From NCBI GenBank assembly GCA_010015585.1, contig ML975176.1: 64,000 bases of DNA; one strand, 5' to 3'. Below, one piece after another: positions 37,824 to 52,144 of the stretch; within the stretch, counting starts at the first letter, position 1; each line of letters begins with the position of its first letter. The translations under genes were made by a program, and so were the position numbers. This DNA comes from Eremomyces bilateralis CBS 781.70. Taxonomy: Eukaryota. The notes under the pieces are model-generated. The model saw nothing but the letters and a program-made list of their open reading frames with translations. It made no database searches and was not told the origin of the DNA.

Positions 37824-38893
37824 AAGATAGGATGGTATTTGGCGATGGATGGACAGATGGTACACATGAGTGAACGAAGACGATTGCCTTAATTTCTAAC
37901 ACAGAGGAGATGGAGCCGAAGGTGATTAGGGTTTAGAGGGGAGGGTCTTGTACCTGGTCGAAAATGAAAGGATCCATGGAAGATCTGCAAGCTTCGAAAC
38001 CGGTAGCATCTCCGGTTGATACTCGAGATAGGAGGTTCTTGGCTTCTTGCGGTACCTATCACGCTATCTAGACACGACATGCGGAGGATCTGTATCTCAG
38101 ATAGAGAATGCCAGAACTAGCATCTAGACTATTATATTCATTCATTTCGTCCAACTTCCAAGCCTCCAGCCAATTCACCAACCTCTGTAGCGAGTAATCT
38201 GCACACTGGGACTGCACTTCAGAGTTTATTATTGGAAGTTTGAAAGATTGGATCATCACGCACCAGCCACGCGCCCACGCCCATTGGAATTTGGAAGGGC
38301 TGATACTTGATAGGAGCTGCTGCGAGAAGGAATCCTGGCGAAGGTGGGACGAAGTCACAAAGCCAGTAATTATATTGTGGCAACTGGCGTCTGGCAGGTA
38401 TTAAGCGGTTGGGTCTTTTGGGCCTTGAGATGCAGTAGTGATGCACAGCAACGTGCACTACGACGTGCACTGTCGTCACACTGCACCACGCTCAGGTGCC
38501 TGTTCCCGCCACCCAGAGGAAGATCCAACGGTCCTACCTCTAAGGCTCTAACTGTCCATAGTCTATTAGTCTAATCCACCACTCCACCTCTAACCTCCGT
38601 CCGTACTCCGTAGTCCCACGGTCTGACGGTCTCCCACATGCATTGGTGCACATGCTAATTACACTTACATGGACCATCCCCCCTATCGCCATTGAACCCA
38701 GCGGACATTGTGCACAGAATCGCGACGTGGTCCTGACTGTTGGCCTGACTACATACTCTTTCTTGTCCCTTCCCTCTTGTGATCGAACACCGAGATACTT
38801 TTCCATCCGAATGTCGCCATTGTCAGTTCCTCGTGGCAATTTACCTTTTGCGCTGGGTGCAAACACCACACCTGCGCACCGACATATGCCCTC

Positions 38894-41457
38894 ATGACCG
38901 ATGCGCAGGCCATCGGAATGTCTTCTCCTCCCCTAACCACAAACGAAGAATCAATCCCGAACCCATTGTCGCCGATACCCCCTCCCTCGCGCGGAAACCA
39001 GAGTATCGCCGCCCCTCGTGCCTCGAGCGCACCCTCCTGGATCAATGCTTTGCGCCGACCGAGAACCTCTCCAGGACCGAGATCGTCCTCATTCAAATAT
39101 CAAACGCATCTTTCCGGAGATATCAGGAGGGATTCTGGGTTGGATCCCAGCTCGGCCTCCACGGGGACACACGCGGCATCAGACAATCAGAATTTGACGA
39201 AGATCCCCAGCCTCCCAACGATTGTCGTGCACGATGACGAGAGCGGCAGCGGATATCAGAGTCATGGTAGTCGTCATGTCAGTGAAGGGTCCTCATCTGC
39301 CGCCGAGCCATTCCTACGCATCACCACTCCGATTCCCACCGGAAATCTTGACGACTTCACAGCCCCAGATACCTTAGAATTTTCAAAGAGGGGAAGCATA
39401 CTTCTGTCTGGGAAACGCGTGGCGGATGGAACAAGCGTGGATAGAAGCGTGGCGGATTGTGGAAAAAGCGTGGATAGAAGCGATGCCAGCATCGGTAGTA
39501 ACCCGGTTGAGCTCGAACCAAGGATTCCAACTCCTCCTGCGCCCAAGCAAAGGCTACGGATCCCACCTATTCGAGGCCGACCATTAAGCGGAAGGGTGCT
39601 ATCAATGGATGATGCCATCCTATCGCGTAAGGTTCGGACTATGTATGACTATGGCGACGAACGAGCTGGAGACTTGGACCGCCCGTACTCGTCATTCTCC
39701 ACATCCGATCACGGGCTCGTACAGGAGAATGACGGAGAGTTGCCGGATGGGGGGTCGCTCATGATCAATCGGACCCTATCACCAAACTCCGCGCGTCCCG
39801 CATCAGCCGCCTCATCATGTCGAGGGAGTCTATTTAAGCGGGAGCCGTTCGAATTAGCTGGAGGGGTCGAGGATTGGGAAGACGTTGCGGAAGGCCAAGT
39901 GGATCGGTACGGATTTATCTTACCCAAACCCACCGGTTCTCGCAATTCTTCCACCAGCCCCTCTCCTGATGATAGTCCGGGACTGGTACGTGTTGCCACT
40001 TCGCTGCAACTAGCAGCCGAGACGCCACGGCGAAAGAGAACGATTCGACGCTCCCCATCCAGGCAATCCGCGAGGGTTACATCCGCGGACGGTCCCAAAC
40101 GTCGGGGCTCCAAAAGGTCTGCTCGATCTCCCGCCTCTGTGTACACCAACCACACTGTCACGAGCGTACGTACAACGACCAGCACGTTCCGAAATGCCAC
40201 CAACCGGTTGCCTCATAACCGTGAACGACGCATCATGGATGAAGCGGGCGACATGCTGACACTACCTCACGAACTTGCGGAGCTTGAAGGAGAGACAGAT
40301 GGAGGACGAACGGTGTCCTCGATAAACAAGAAAGAGTGGGAGCGAGAGGAGAAGTGGAGGAAGATGGCCAAGGCGAAACCGAGAAGTGGGACAGGTGGTG
40401 GCATGGATTTTGATTTCGACACGAAGGATGCGAAGCTCATCTCTCGAACGTGGAAAGGCATACCGGATAAATGGAGAGCAAAGGCATGGTATTCATTTTT
40501 GGAAGCCAGTGTCCGGAAGACTAGTGGAGCGCCTACGCATGAAGAGTTGGTGGAGCACTTCCATGAACTTCAAGATGAATCATCGGCGGATGATGTTCAG
40601 ATTGACGTGGATGTGCCAAGGACGATTGGTAGACACATTATGTTCAGGAGGAGGTATCGCGGAGGGTGGGTTGAATGTTCGCACCGTTTCAGTACCTTGG
40701 ACTGACTGGTATAGGCAACGGCTTCTTTTCCGTGTTCTTCACGCCCTCTCCCTCTATTTTCCAGAGACCGGCTACGTTCAAGGAATGGCAGCACTGGCTG
40801 CAACCTTCCTTTGCTATTATGATGAAGAGAATGCTTTCGTCATGATGGTCAGGCTGTGGCATCATCGTGGCCTTGATCACCTCTACCAGTCAGGGTTCGG
40901 AGGTCTCATGGAGTCGTTGGAAGATTTTGAGAAGAACTGGCTTGTTAAGGGGAATGTCGCTAAGAAATTAGTAAGTTTGCTCTCTTTCTGCCTTCACTAC
41001 GACTACCTACCTCGTCCCATGGGTCAAGACTGTCGAACAGTTAAAGCCGATCAGTATGGCACTACAGGACCAGGACTACACTGACATCACACAGGATGAA
41101 CTGAACGTTTCCTCCACTTCTTACGGCACGCGATGGTACTTGACCTTATTCAACTACTCGATCCCCTTTCCTGCTCAATTGCGAGTATGGGATGTGTTCA
41201 TGCTTCTAGGCGATGATCCCTCCAGCGTTACCACAGGCACCGATGCTCAACCATCATTCGGTGGAGATCTTGATGTTTTACACGCCACCTCCGCCGCACT
41301 GATCGATGCGACCCGCGAGATCTTGCTCGATTCCGACTTCGAAAACGCCATGAAAACTCTTACTTCGTTCCTCCCTATTAAGGACGAGGAGATATTAATG
41401 CGCGTTGCCAAGGCGGAATGGAAGCAGAAGCGGAAAAGGATGGGGAAAAAGGTATGA
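38894..41457 (+). CDS. TBC-domain Rab GTPase-activating protein
   Basis: RTWKGIPDKWRAKAW, QIDVDVPRT, LFRVLHAL, GYVQGMA, YGTRWYLTLF, LRVWDVFML. Introns at about 40668-40714 and 40971-41094. Confidence 0.93.
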
Positions 41458-44400
41458 TCATGCTGCTGGCGACACCTCTCACCTCCACCGAGTTGCCTCT
41501 GCCGTTTTACACGAACATCTGTTGTTTTCCACAATAGAGCGAGACAATATAATCACACCCACGACATTCCCCAGCAGCCTTGGGACTAGTTCCGACGGGT
41601 TGATCGGAGTCCTTACATAAGAACGGACCACCCTGGTCTGAAAGGCATTTTACGAGCTTTTCTTTGGATGCATGTCTACTGGTTGGAAGCATTCATGGGC
41701 GTCTCTCTATGAGCTGACCGCCGCCGCTCTTACGATCAACGGCTGCTCGGAACCTTCTCATCGTTCCGGCACTTATTTTCCTTTGTTTGAAAATACCCAG
41801 GTAATCGAAGAGCGCATGGCATTATAGAGGTTGGGCCTGCACTGAATCGGACCATTGGGGCGCCTTTCAGTCCGAAGTCCGGATTGACCTTGCACTATTT
41901 CAGAAACCACCCTTTCTCGGAGAATGAGAATCTAATCTACAATAGACGTAATAATACTTACACTATAGACATAGGCTATAGCATTGATGCTAGAATGATC
42001 AGTCAATCAGTCATATCGTGGTCTTCAGCGCTTCGTTTGGAGTCACTGGAATTCGGTTCAGGCTTCCTGTGAACCATCTGATGAGTTTCCTTCCTAACAC
42101 AAACTACCAATCGATTAGTCCGTCCCATTCCCGAAAATCATATGCCACTTGCAGCGTCGAAACAAGGAGCGGGTGTCTGACTGCCAATGTCATTGATCCT
42201 TCTTCACCGGCTTCCAGTTCAATCGTCATCTCGGATGTCTCCGAGGCGGGAGCAGACCTGCGCAAGAAACACGTTTTTCTACGATCTCCGCATGCCTCAT
42301 TGGCTTCCCGTGTTGTGTGGCTTTCGCGTGCGCGATGGACTGCAGACAGGTTATGTCGATTGCATCCTGCTTGAGATATTTTGACAGTGAAGGGAACGAC
42401 TCTCCTCCGTACCGTGTACTATTCGCTCCCGAACTCTCATGAGTGGCTGGATGTATGAAGATCGTCTGCTAGGGTTGCAGAAGCTGCGGAAGCAGTCTCG
42501 CTAAGGCCTGTTTAAAATCGTCATGTCTCTTCCCTGGCGACCTCCTTGACCTCACTCTGTCAACTGTCGGTTCAATTCTCCTGTATAGGCTCTGACTCAA
42601 GGTTTCAGCTTCCAAGGCAACCGGAACACCCATTTGCGTCGGATAGACCGATGGGAGAATGCCCTCTTCCCTTCATGGATGTATTAACAGGATCTTTGCC
42701 GGCAAGGACCTGGCACAGCAGCACTGATCTCACCAATGATAGCTTCCCGGCAGAACACTGAGCATAACTCTTGAGAACGGAGTGGGCGCTGGCCTCCAAG
42801 TGCCAAGCGTATCACTGCAGCTCGGTTCCAGCTTAAGGGACTACGTTAGTGAGCAGACGATGCCGCCTTGATTTTTGGCTGCATAAGTGCATATGATCTG
42901 TCATATGACGGTTCCTCGCCATATTCGCAAGAGGTGGAGCGGCCGATGTGGATCGCGAAGCACGAATTCAGGCTCGGACACGAGGCAGTAGGACTTGAAA
43001 TGCATCTTCTCCCATGACCAGGTTACAAAGCCGGCGTCCAAGATCGGGATCTGTGTCGATTGGGTATGCGAATGCATCTCATAATGCTTTTTCGGCGAGA
43101 TTTTCCATCGATTCCTCCACAAGGTTGCGTGTCGTCCCTCAGATCCAGAATCGCGTCGGGAATCCGACATATCACTGTACTGAGTGGCATGCAACCCAGC
43201 CACTCTACCCAGTACACATGTCCAGGCCTCGGCGGGGAATAAATGGCTGCGAAACTTGATGACGAATTGACGAGATCCCCGCATCTTGACTTTCGGACTT
43301 GGCGACGATTGATGTTCAACACCGCGCCGATGATTTGGAGTCGGAGATATTGTACTCACGCAAGTCGCAGTATTCGTCAATCGATTCGGTTAAAGTGGAA
43401 TTTTTGCGATTTAGCGATTATTGACGCGTTGGACTTTCATCATTCCACTGGGACTACCAACGATCTCTAGTAGAGGGGCATACGGAGTATACAGCGTGAT
43501 CGCTTTCAAGAACGCTTCATTCCTCAAGCTCAAGGGCCAAGGCCCGCTTGATATCGCGATTTACGATCGTCTATTTATGGATGGGAATTGATGAATTGAT
43601 GGGCTTCACCAATCTTAAATCTTAATGCTGAATACTGGGATGATTCCGATTTGCGACGCTACCGAGTCCCGACGGGCGATGTCCGACATGTCAAACAGTC
43701 AAGTGTCCAACAGAACCGCGAAAGGTCCTTGTCCAACTTGAAACTGGCTCCACCTCGGGTGGACAGTTCGAATTTCGAGTACTTTATTCGGACTGGTCAA
43801 GCCGTTTCCGATCATCAGAAACGCCATTCCAGATGACTCGGAGTGATGGAGATGAAGGGACTCTAGGAGGACCAGGATTGAGGCCCGTAAAAAGTTGCAT
43901 GGTGGCGGGACAGGGCTGCGAAATGAAGGATGAGGCGAAATTGGCATCATTTCGAAATTCAAGGACGTATGAAATGTATGAAATCTCCGAAAGAAGCAAT
44001 CCGGTACGGATCAATACCCGTTCGTACTAATCGGAGAAAGAGACCAACAGCTTCAACAGTCACCTCTAGATTCCGATATCTCCTACCGCACTATGGTCAG
44101 GTTCAGCATCAACACTTCCATAGAGAGAAAAGATAGCCTAGGATAGCTCATGGTCGTGAGATGTTGGATCGATCAACACGCCAATTTCCTGATCCAGCAT
44201 AGACGGGGACGGCACGCATGTACCATGTACGATCCATCGACCATCAATCATCATAAGGGCCGACCGCCGAACACGTTGATAATGCCTGTCGACACGAGAA
44301 CGCCAGTGACCAGTAGACAGTAATATAACTGAACGGTTTCCTCATGAAGCGCTTCCGAGATTGAACCATCCTAATTAAGTGAATTGGCACATGATAATAA

Positions 44401-46565
44401 CTGTTCCGTTTCAAGTTTCAAGATGCGCCTTGCAAGGGAAGGCGAGATGAGATGAGTGAAATCGATGGAGACATGGACGGCAGACGGTAGTACTACTCCG
44501 TATTAACTATTACCTGTAACTACCTAGGAGGTTAGGACCTCTTTTATAATTAGCCACCGATTTAGAATGGATCAGAGGTTCAGCCCAGAAGCCAGAGGCC
44601 AGACCAAAATGAAAAGCCGTTGCAGTCCGTTCGTCCGTTCATCGATCCATGGCTTGGTGTCTCGCCAATCAGAAATGAATCCCATTATCAAGCACTCGGA
44701 TAATTTATTCTTCATTTTTCATGCATCCCAATTCCCCGATTCCGGCTCCATGTTCTGGATTTGGCTGCGAAACAAGCCACCTTGTCCTGCTAATAGCTAG
44801 TCTACAAGGTCGACTGCTCATCGTAATCCCTCGTACTAACTTGTTATTGGTGATCTGGACTCCCCGAGAGGTTAGGACCGTTAGGTAGATGATAGTTGAC
44901 CCTCCATGTCACTCCATCCATCTCCTAAGTCCCCATCCTTTCTCTCCGTCACTCCCATCTCGTTCTTCCTTTCAATTCGGCATTTATTCTTCATTGGTGT
45001 CGAGCGGGACCCGACTGCCTAACACCATCCAACGGTTTGGTTTGAAATTAGTCCGCTGCTTCACGAGGACATAGACCGCGTTCTTTGCTCTCCAGTCTTC
45101 AGTCTCCACGACTTGATCCCCACGGACCCCTTTCACCATTTCCTGCATCACCACATGTCTTCCAGCCTCCGGGCTTGCATAGTTGCGCCGCATCTCGGAC
45201 CTTTAGGTGTACAAGGTATAGCGCAGGAGCGCCACTTCGACACCTCTGGGCTCTGATACTCTGACAGTCTGACAGTCGCTGACACACACCACTGTTACCG
45301 CTTCTTACTGCATGGTCCCTGGAGATCCTAGCCTTGTCTGGTATTATCGGTGCCTAAATACCGCTTTGAAAGCAAGAATTACCCAGTATCCACGCCAACA
45401 CTGGGTTTGTCCGTTTTGGAGTTTGGCCTGTCCCGTCTCCGCTTCAATCTGTCGCGTGGCTTTTTGGTTCTGAATGCAGACGGGCTGAGGTGGTTTAGCG
45501 TCTGTTTGCTTACCAGTTATCTCTCCCAAGTCCAGGCCGGCAGCTTCCTACCGCTGGGATCCCAGCTCATCACTTATCGAGGACTAGCTTGGCCTACTAC
45601 GTAAAGTACCGGGCAGTCAACGCCCAACAGGGCTGGTAGACAGCCGTGGACTCTCAGAAAGGTGAAAGCCTTGTCAGGGACCCGTTTGTTTTGCCTGCAC
45701 TGGTCTGCTTGGGTTGTTGTTATTCTCCGTCAGCGTATATCAGCCGCTTGATTGCCCTGTCGCGTACTTGGAACGAGGGAACGGCTCTTCAATCATCAAG
45801 ACGGCTTATTGACTGTTGACACTGTTGGTCGCTGACGAAGTCTTTCTTTAAGGCCGCATTTTGGCGGCTGTCCACTCCTTATCCAACCACTTTTTCCTGC
45901 ATCCATTCCACCTCCGAATCAGAAACACGCCTTCCAGTCGTCACTGATCTGGAGTGATCTACAACGGTGTTCCCATTCCTGTCCAAGCAGCCTCACGACA
46001 TCTTGAATCGACGCCGCGCCTGCGGCAGAGTCTGTGGGAGTCGAGTCCGTCGATCCTCTCCCCACCACGTCCACGCAACCCCTCCTAGTCGATCTTCACT
46101 CTCCTCTACTATCCGTGGATTTAGAAACGGCACCAAAAACGGCTGCCGCAATTGAAGCGAATCATTCCCTTCCCGCCTGGTTCCTGAAACCTTGAGATCT
46201 TATTCCCAATCGTTGTTTAGATCTACTGGGTAGGGAAAGAAGAAGAAGGAAGGCGGCTTGCACCAGTCATCTGGGTCGCAACCATCCTAGTTGAGCCGAA
46301 ATAGGTGGAATTCCTCCTAAGTACTGGATCCCGTCTTTAATTTCCTGTCTACATACCCGCCACAACATTACCTCATCCCCTGCTGTTCACATCGTATAGA
46401 TCGAAGTTATCTGTATGGTTCGGAGCATTCCCTGTCTCAATTTTGTATTCTTTTCTGGACCTTTTCTACGTCTCATGTTTATCTCACTTGTCTATCCTAT
46501 TCCTCATCTACTATCTAATCAAAATTTGGTTCCGATGTTCGCGCTTTCCACCAAGATCAGCCTCC

Positions 46566-48017
46566 ATGTTGCTCACTCTCGGACCAGCACAAACAGATTT
46601 TGAATTCAAAGTTCCTCATGGTTTCGCTTCGCCACCGCCGTCTTCCAGGTCCCCTTCCCTTCTCTCCAACGGTGGCAGCTCATATCATCCCTTACCGGCG
46701 AAGAGAACCTCCGACATGAGCACGCATCGAGGGTTGCCGCCTCCGATAGGCATGGCATTGCCGGATCCAAGTCGAGGACCCCCTCCTCCTGCTCTACCAC
46801 CATCTCTTGGTCAGATGCCCGCACCGCCGTCCCAGTGGCAGGGCGCGGAAGAGTCAATGCGGAACTGGCTCACTGCAAAAGCCGAAGAAGAGCGTAGGCG
46901 GCAAGAGGAGGAAAAGACACGCCAGGAGAACCTACGACTGGAGCAACGGAAGATTGAGCATGCGATGTTGAGAGATTCGATGCAAGGGGGTGTGCCGGCT
47001 CATCTGGTTCCCATGATCTTCGCGGGTATTGGAGGCGCCAATCTTGCCAACGTCAGTTTGGATTGGTTGCAACAGTATGCTACTCAGCTTCAAGCTTCGC
47101 AGCAACAGCAACAGCAAGTAGCTGCTCAAACACAACCGATTTCTCCAGACAGTCGGAGGGAGCCCCGACTGATTAATCCTCCACCTCCACCACCGAGTTA
47201 TCCAATAGCGCCTCCGGTAGTGATTCCTCACAATCCCCAAGCTGCTCAGCCAGGATCCTTCTCTCCATACCCATCCAGCACCCTCTCTCCGAGAAGTAGA
47301 GCTCAAGTTGCGCCGACATCCGCTCCTCGCCCGCCACCTCCGCCTCAGTCCGCTCTCCCGCGGCTGACAACGGGAGATATTCAGATTCAAAATCCTCCAA
47401 CAAGCCAGCACCATGTACCTCACACCGCGCATCCTTTACAGTCCGAGCCGCCGTCTTCATCTCCATCGATCTATTTCCACCATTGGGTGCCGCCTACCAC
47501 GCAAGGTACAAGCGGAAACGTTCCCAATACCCCATCAGGTAATCTCCTAGCGCCCTCAACTGGTCTGCTTTCGAGTTGATTTTGTATCCCCTAATCAACA
47601 CCGAGTCGATAGCGCTAACTTTCTTTCGTTGAAACAGACTATTCCGCTTCGCCCAGGAAAAGGAAATCCCAAGGCCCCCATCCTCCACCTCCTCCACCTA
47701 CCTCCATACCCCAATATACTTCTCCTTCATTTTCTCATGGGTCTTCAGCTGCCTCTACGCCGGGACGCAGAGGTCACGGAAGAAATCGATCGGACGCCTC
47801 CCGTGGCGAGTTCGCCGGACGAGTGGGTACCGGGAGTCGGCCCCACACGGCTTCAAGCGTGGCCGAGAGTGGCTTCTTCGCTGAGCCCTCATCAGAATTT
47901 ACCCGAAGACGAGAAAGAAGCGAAAGTGGAAGTCAAGGGAGCCGCAGTGAAGCGGAGAAGAGACGTAAAGTGAACATTCCGACCGGTTCGGAAGAGCGGG
48001 GGAGGGGGATTGCATAG
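46566..48017 (+). CDS. Conserved fungal Pro-rich/coiled-coil hypothetical protein (probably nuclear)
   Basis: SMRNWLTAKAEEERRRQEEEKTRQENLRLEQRKIE..GGVPAHLVPMIFAG, SIYFHHWVPP, then intron about 47539-47637 and SPRKRK. The start codon is uncertain. Confidence 0.75.
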
Positions 48018-49167
48018 CGCATTCCAGGACACTGGTTGGTTGTACTATGCCCCGGAAACGCGGAGCGTTGGCAATGATCATGCCATTGGGAATGGTCCGA
48101 AATATCATCCGGCCATATCGGATTATAACTGTCCCCTTCGAGGTTGCAGCCGGATCGGCCGGTCGGTGAACCCCTTCACTGTTTCGGGGTCACGGATTTT
48201 GCGTGCAATTCAGCTGCAGCCAATATTCTCGCCAGACTGTCTGGCTCGAAGTATCTGACTGGAAACGTAACGAAGCTGCGTTAAAGAGCACGGTCGAAGT
48301 ACCGATAACTGAAACCTTTTAGAAGGAGTCCCCTATCCCTCACGATTTCCGACCATACACACCCCTCTCTCACGACCTCGGTTCATTGGTTCTGGTTGGT
48401 ATTGCATTTGGGAGGAGTCAGAAATCACATGTTGGCGTCACTCGACCACGAAGATTTATTCTTGAATGTTTCTCATCAGGGAGATAAACTCGGGTTTTAC
48501 CACGGAGGCATCATGGAGATTTTGAAGGAATGGCTGCTAGGTCGGTTCTATCTACAAATAGGGGCGCAAAGAAGGGGATAGTGACGCCTCGAGCCATCAT
48601 CGGTCGGTAAATTTCGGTTCCGCACATTCTGGAGCGTATCTGGGCATCTTGTCGGCCGCAAGGCTTTTTCTGACTGGAGGATTCCCCCTTGCGCTTCAAT
48701 TTGAGCATTGTTTCACTTTCTGGCACCATTCGGATCCAAGATATCCCTTTCAACCACTGTATTAGCTTTGGATTTCGGCTCTTGTATCCTGTAGATATTT
48801 ATACCCTCGCCGAAAGTTGTTTTTATACTTGGAGACTGTTAGTGGACCTAGCATTCCGCTGGAAGGGTGCTGATGGCAGCAGAGACAATAGTATGGTGGG
48901 GACGAACGCGATGGGGTTGAATCAAGTCAGTCACCCTGTAGTCATATTCTGTCTAGCCTTGTAAAGGAAAATGTAGTTTATCACGAATGTCAGCCCCGCT
49001 GAGCATGAGAAGCTAAATCTTGAATGCTCCAGTCCGAGCCCAGTCCATGGACCAACACGATGAGTTTGTACATCGTTCCGTTGGCTTGAAAGTAAATAAC
49101 TCGTTTATTTCAACCGCTTGATCCTTCCTCGGACCCAAGTTGATTGTAAAATCCGGCAAGTGTCACC

Positions 49168-52144
49168 CTAACTTGACACATACGTCCCGCTCCTGAATCC
49201 TCGTACCGCCTCCACTGCCGTCCACCTTAGCTTCTGCTTCTTCTCCTCCGCCTCGTTCTCTTCATCCGCAAACGGATCGTGATCATCCGCACCGTCCGTT
49301 GCTCCGGCAGCTCCGATCTCCCCCAACATGCTCACTCCTAACCCGCTTCCCACGTTCGCCGCGTTCCTTCCGACGATTTCCCACCGCGCCTCGACGTTTC
49401 CGACCTTGACAACCCCGTCTCCCGTGAGGCGCATGCGCAACTTGCGCTGCGTGCCGGGCGCCAAGATTACGTCGTTGAGGCGCCAGTAGGCGAGGTTGCG
49501 CTCACGGTTGAAGTTGCCAGGTGGTTGCAACTTGCAGGAGTCGGGGCGTGCAGCGGACGTGTCGAAGTGGACGATGATCAGGACGTTGCTAAGCGTGACG
49601 GAAGGGATCGAACCGCCAGCGAAGACTGGGTTGGGCGTGCAATTGAGGATTACGTCCGTTTGAGAGGTTTCCACTCGACTAGCTGGAACAATGAGAAGGG
49701 GAGCGTAGGCCGCAAGAGAGTCCGAATCCAAATGCACTTGATACTTAAACGCGACGGAGGTCTTGATGATTTTCGCCAGGTCGACGACATAGGTACCCGG
49801 TTTGTCGGTGATCTGCTCTACGAACGTCGGGTTAGGTGCGACCTTCTCGAGGGCCGGGAAATTGTCCAGTCGGATGGTGTCGGTGCCGAAGGGAGCGTTG
49901 ATGTCGGTAGGATTGAATGCGAGGGCAAGCTCGCCTATCACGTGTGCTTTGGTCACCTCACCCTTTTCAAACCAAGCGTTGACAGTCTCGACAACTGACG
50001 TATTCAACCCTGGGCCGTGCATCTCGGGGTGTTTAATAGTGGCACTGGCGGAGCTAGCAAGCGATCGGCCAGATCGAACCGATTGCGTGTCCGACGCGGC
50101 CAGATCGTCGCCAAGTCCCTGTCGTTGACTGTGTTTAAGTGGAGATGGGTGCGAAACTTGGCTGCCCTGATCAGGCGAAAGAGGTGCTGAAGCAGGTCCT
50201 AGTTGTAAAGGTTCCGTGTTTTGTGTTTCAAGCGTTGGAGATGGAACGTAGATGGTGTTTCGGACATCGCGACGTCCACGGATGGTTCCGGTCTTCCTTG
50301 ACGGTGCTCCCTACTTGAATTAGCTATCCGATCATTCCGATTTCCACTAGAATCCAACTGTACCGCTAGTAACGCATTTTGGACACTCGAGAGGGCGGTG
50401 GCTGCATCCGCCTCTTCTTCAGGGATCGGAGCATTTCGAATCGCAAGCATGAATTGGGACCCATGGACGTCGGATGAGCTGGAAAGGTCAAGATCAGTCA
50501 TCGTCATACGGCGTTGGCGGATCAACTCACGCTGCAGCTTCCTGTTCAGCTTGGGAGATGGGATCTGCAGACGAAGGTGGAACTGAAAATCCATCCGCAT
50601 CCCGGGGCAGCTTGACAAGGTTAGTTGAAGTTCCGTAGCTTGCTTCGATCACATACCTCAGGGAGGGATATTGCTTCCGGTTGTACTGGTGCCTGGAGCG
50701 GTGAGGTGCTATCAGGTTGCGTTCCGTTAACTGTAGGACTGGTGACGTGAGGCAGATTTGGCTCTCCATTCGGCTTTTCGGACAGAACCGGGCTTGTTGT
50801 CATTTCTTGCCGAGATGGAGGGGGTTCTGGTTCGTGACTTGGTAAAGATGGTGAAGGCTCTTCCGGTATGGGTGCTTTGTCCCGATTCCTTCTGCTGAAA
50901 GGTGAGAAGCTATGGTGAAGGTTCGAGGCAGATTTTCGTTCCTGGGGCACGGTAGAAGTGTTGCTACTGTAAATCGTACTCTGTCTCTTGCGCCCGATCA
51001 CGGTCCCGAGACGCTTCAGGCCACTCATACCTTTCCTAGCGGGCATCGATTGTTCTTGAACTGCTGCAGCGGATTAGTCGACATCATTACAGAGCTACTG
51101 TGAAACGTACTGGAACCCGATCGCTGACTAGACCCATCCTCTGGACCCGCCCCATGCTGCGACCGTGGAGGTGCAAGACTCGGTTGCCCAGCTGTGGTTG
51201 ATGGCCTGCTCTTTTGTCGCTCTAGCTTTGGTTTGCCTTCCAGTGCCCTGAGACAATATGTCTTGATTTCGTCCGAAGTGTCGACGTTGAGCAAGGCATT
51301 CAAGCACCCCTCAGCAGAGATGCGACTCCGCTCCACTTGATCCACCTCGTGCGTTTGGAATTGTGTCAGGGCGTCTCGAAGGTGATTCCACCTGGTCTCA
51401 TCCAGCGCCTGCAACTTCTCGAAGACGAATGGCGCGGTCGAGTCCCATTGGCCTTGGGCCGTCTCCATGTCCGCATTTGCGCTCGCAACCTTGTCCGCTG
51501 CGACCTTTCCGCCTTTATCTTTGAGCTTCTCTGCCTTTTTGTGGGAGATGTCGACATCTTTGGCTAGCGAGGCTAAGTTGCCGCTGATGTTCGTGAAGTT
51601 TTGCATTTCCCGATTTGCGGATGAGAAGTCGCGCAACGATCGCTCCACGTCGGCCTCGATCTTCTTCGCGAGAAGGAAGTGTGATTCCGCCATCGTCTCT
51701 GTCGCGGTTATGATCTTTTGCCATGGTGTTGTGAACGTCCTTCCAAGTCATTAGCTACCTGCTAGTCGGACGCTGGCGGAGATGTTACCCTAAATCAGAG
51801 GAGTCGTCCGGTGGTTGGCGGCGCGAAAGTTTCCGTAGTCCCAGAGCGTATTGTTCTTCAACGCGACGTCGTTCCTAGACGAACTCGTGTTAGATGACTA
51901 CCTGATCAGCATGCGACAGAACGCAAGTACCTGGAGCCAATCTGCTATGTCCGCATTCAACCTGGAGACATGTTTGATGCGATCGTTGAGTAACGCAACG
52001 GCTTGCGGCGGCTGTAGGCTTTCCTACAATCCAAGAATCCATGATTAGTCTGACGTACACGACGATGCACATGCTTCGATGTAAGCGATATGCGGAAGGA
52101 ATACTTACCAGCATAGCCGGATATTCCTGGCGCGCGAGATCCAT
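49168..52144 (-). CDS. SYP1: Muniscin endocytic adaptor Syp1 (F-BAR plus mu-homology domain)
   Basis: MDLARQEYPAML, IADWLQ|ERRRVEEQY, WDSTAPFVFEKLQALDETRWNHLRDALTQFQTHE, LKRLGTV, GLNTSVVETVNAWF..IGELALAF. Multiple introns. Confidence 0.9.

Noticed and set aside
37924..37945. TTAGGG telomere-like hexamer
   Set aside because: A single degenerate copy, not an array.
42901..43380. 159-aa ORF in the long intergenic region
   Set aside because: Non-ATG start, atypical composition and no splice or domain support.
45325..45352. GATAATACCAG (minus strand) resembling part of a fungal TPP riboswitch; a similar string occurs at about 10665
   Set aside because: The pairing strand (CTGG), the CTGAGA motif and a thiamine-related gene context are all missing.
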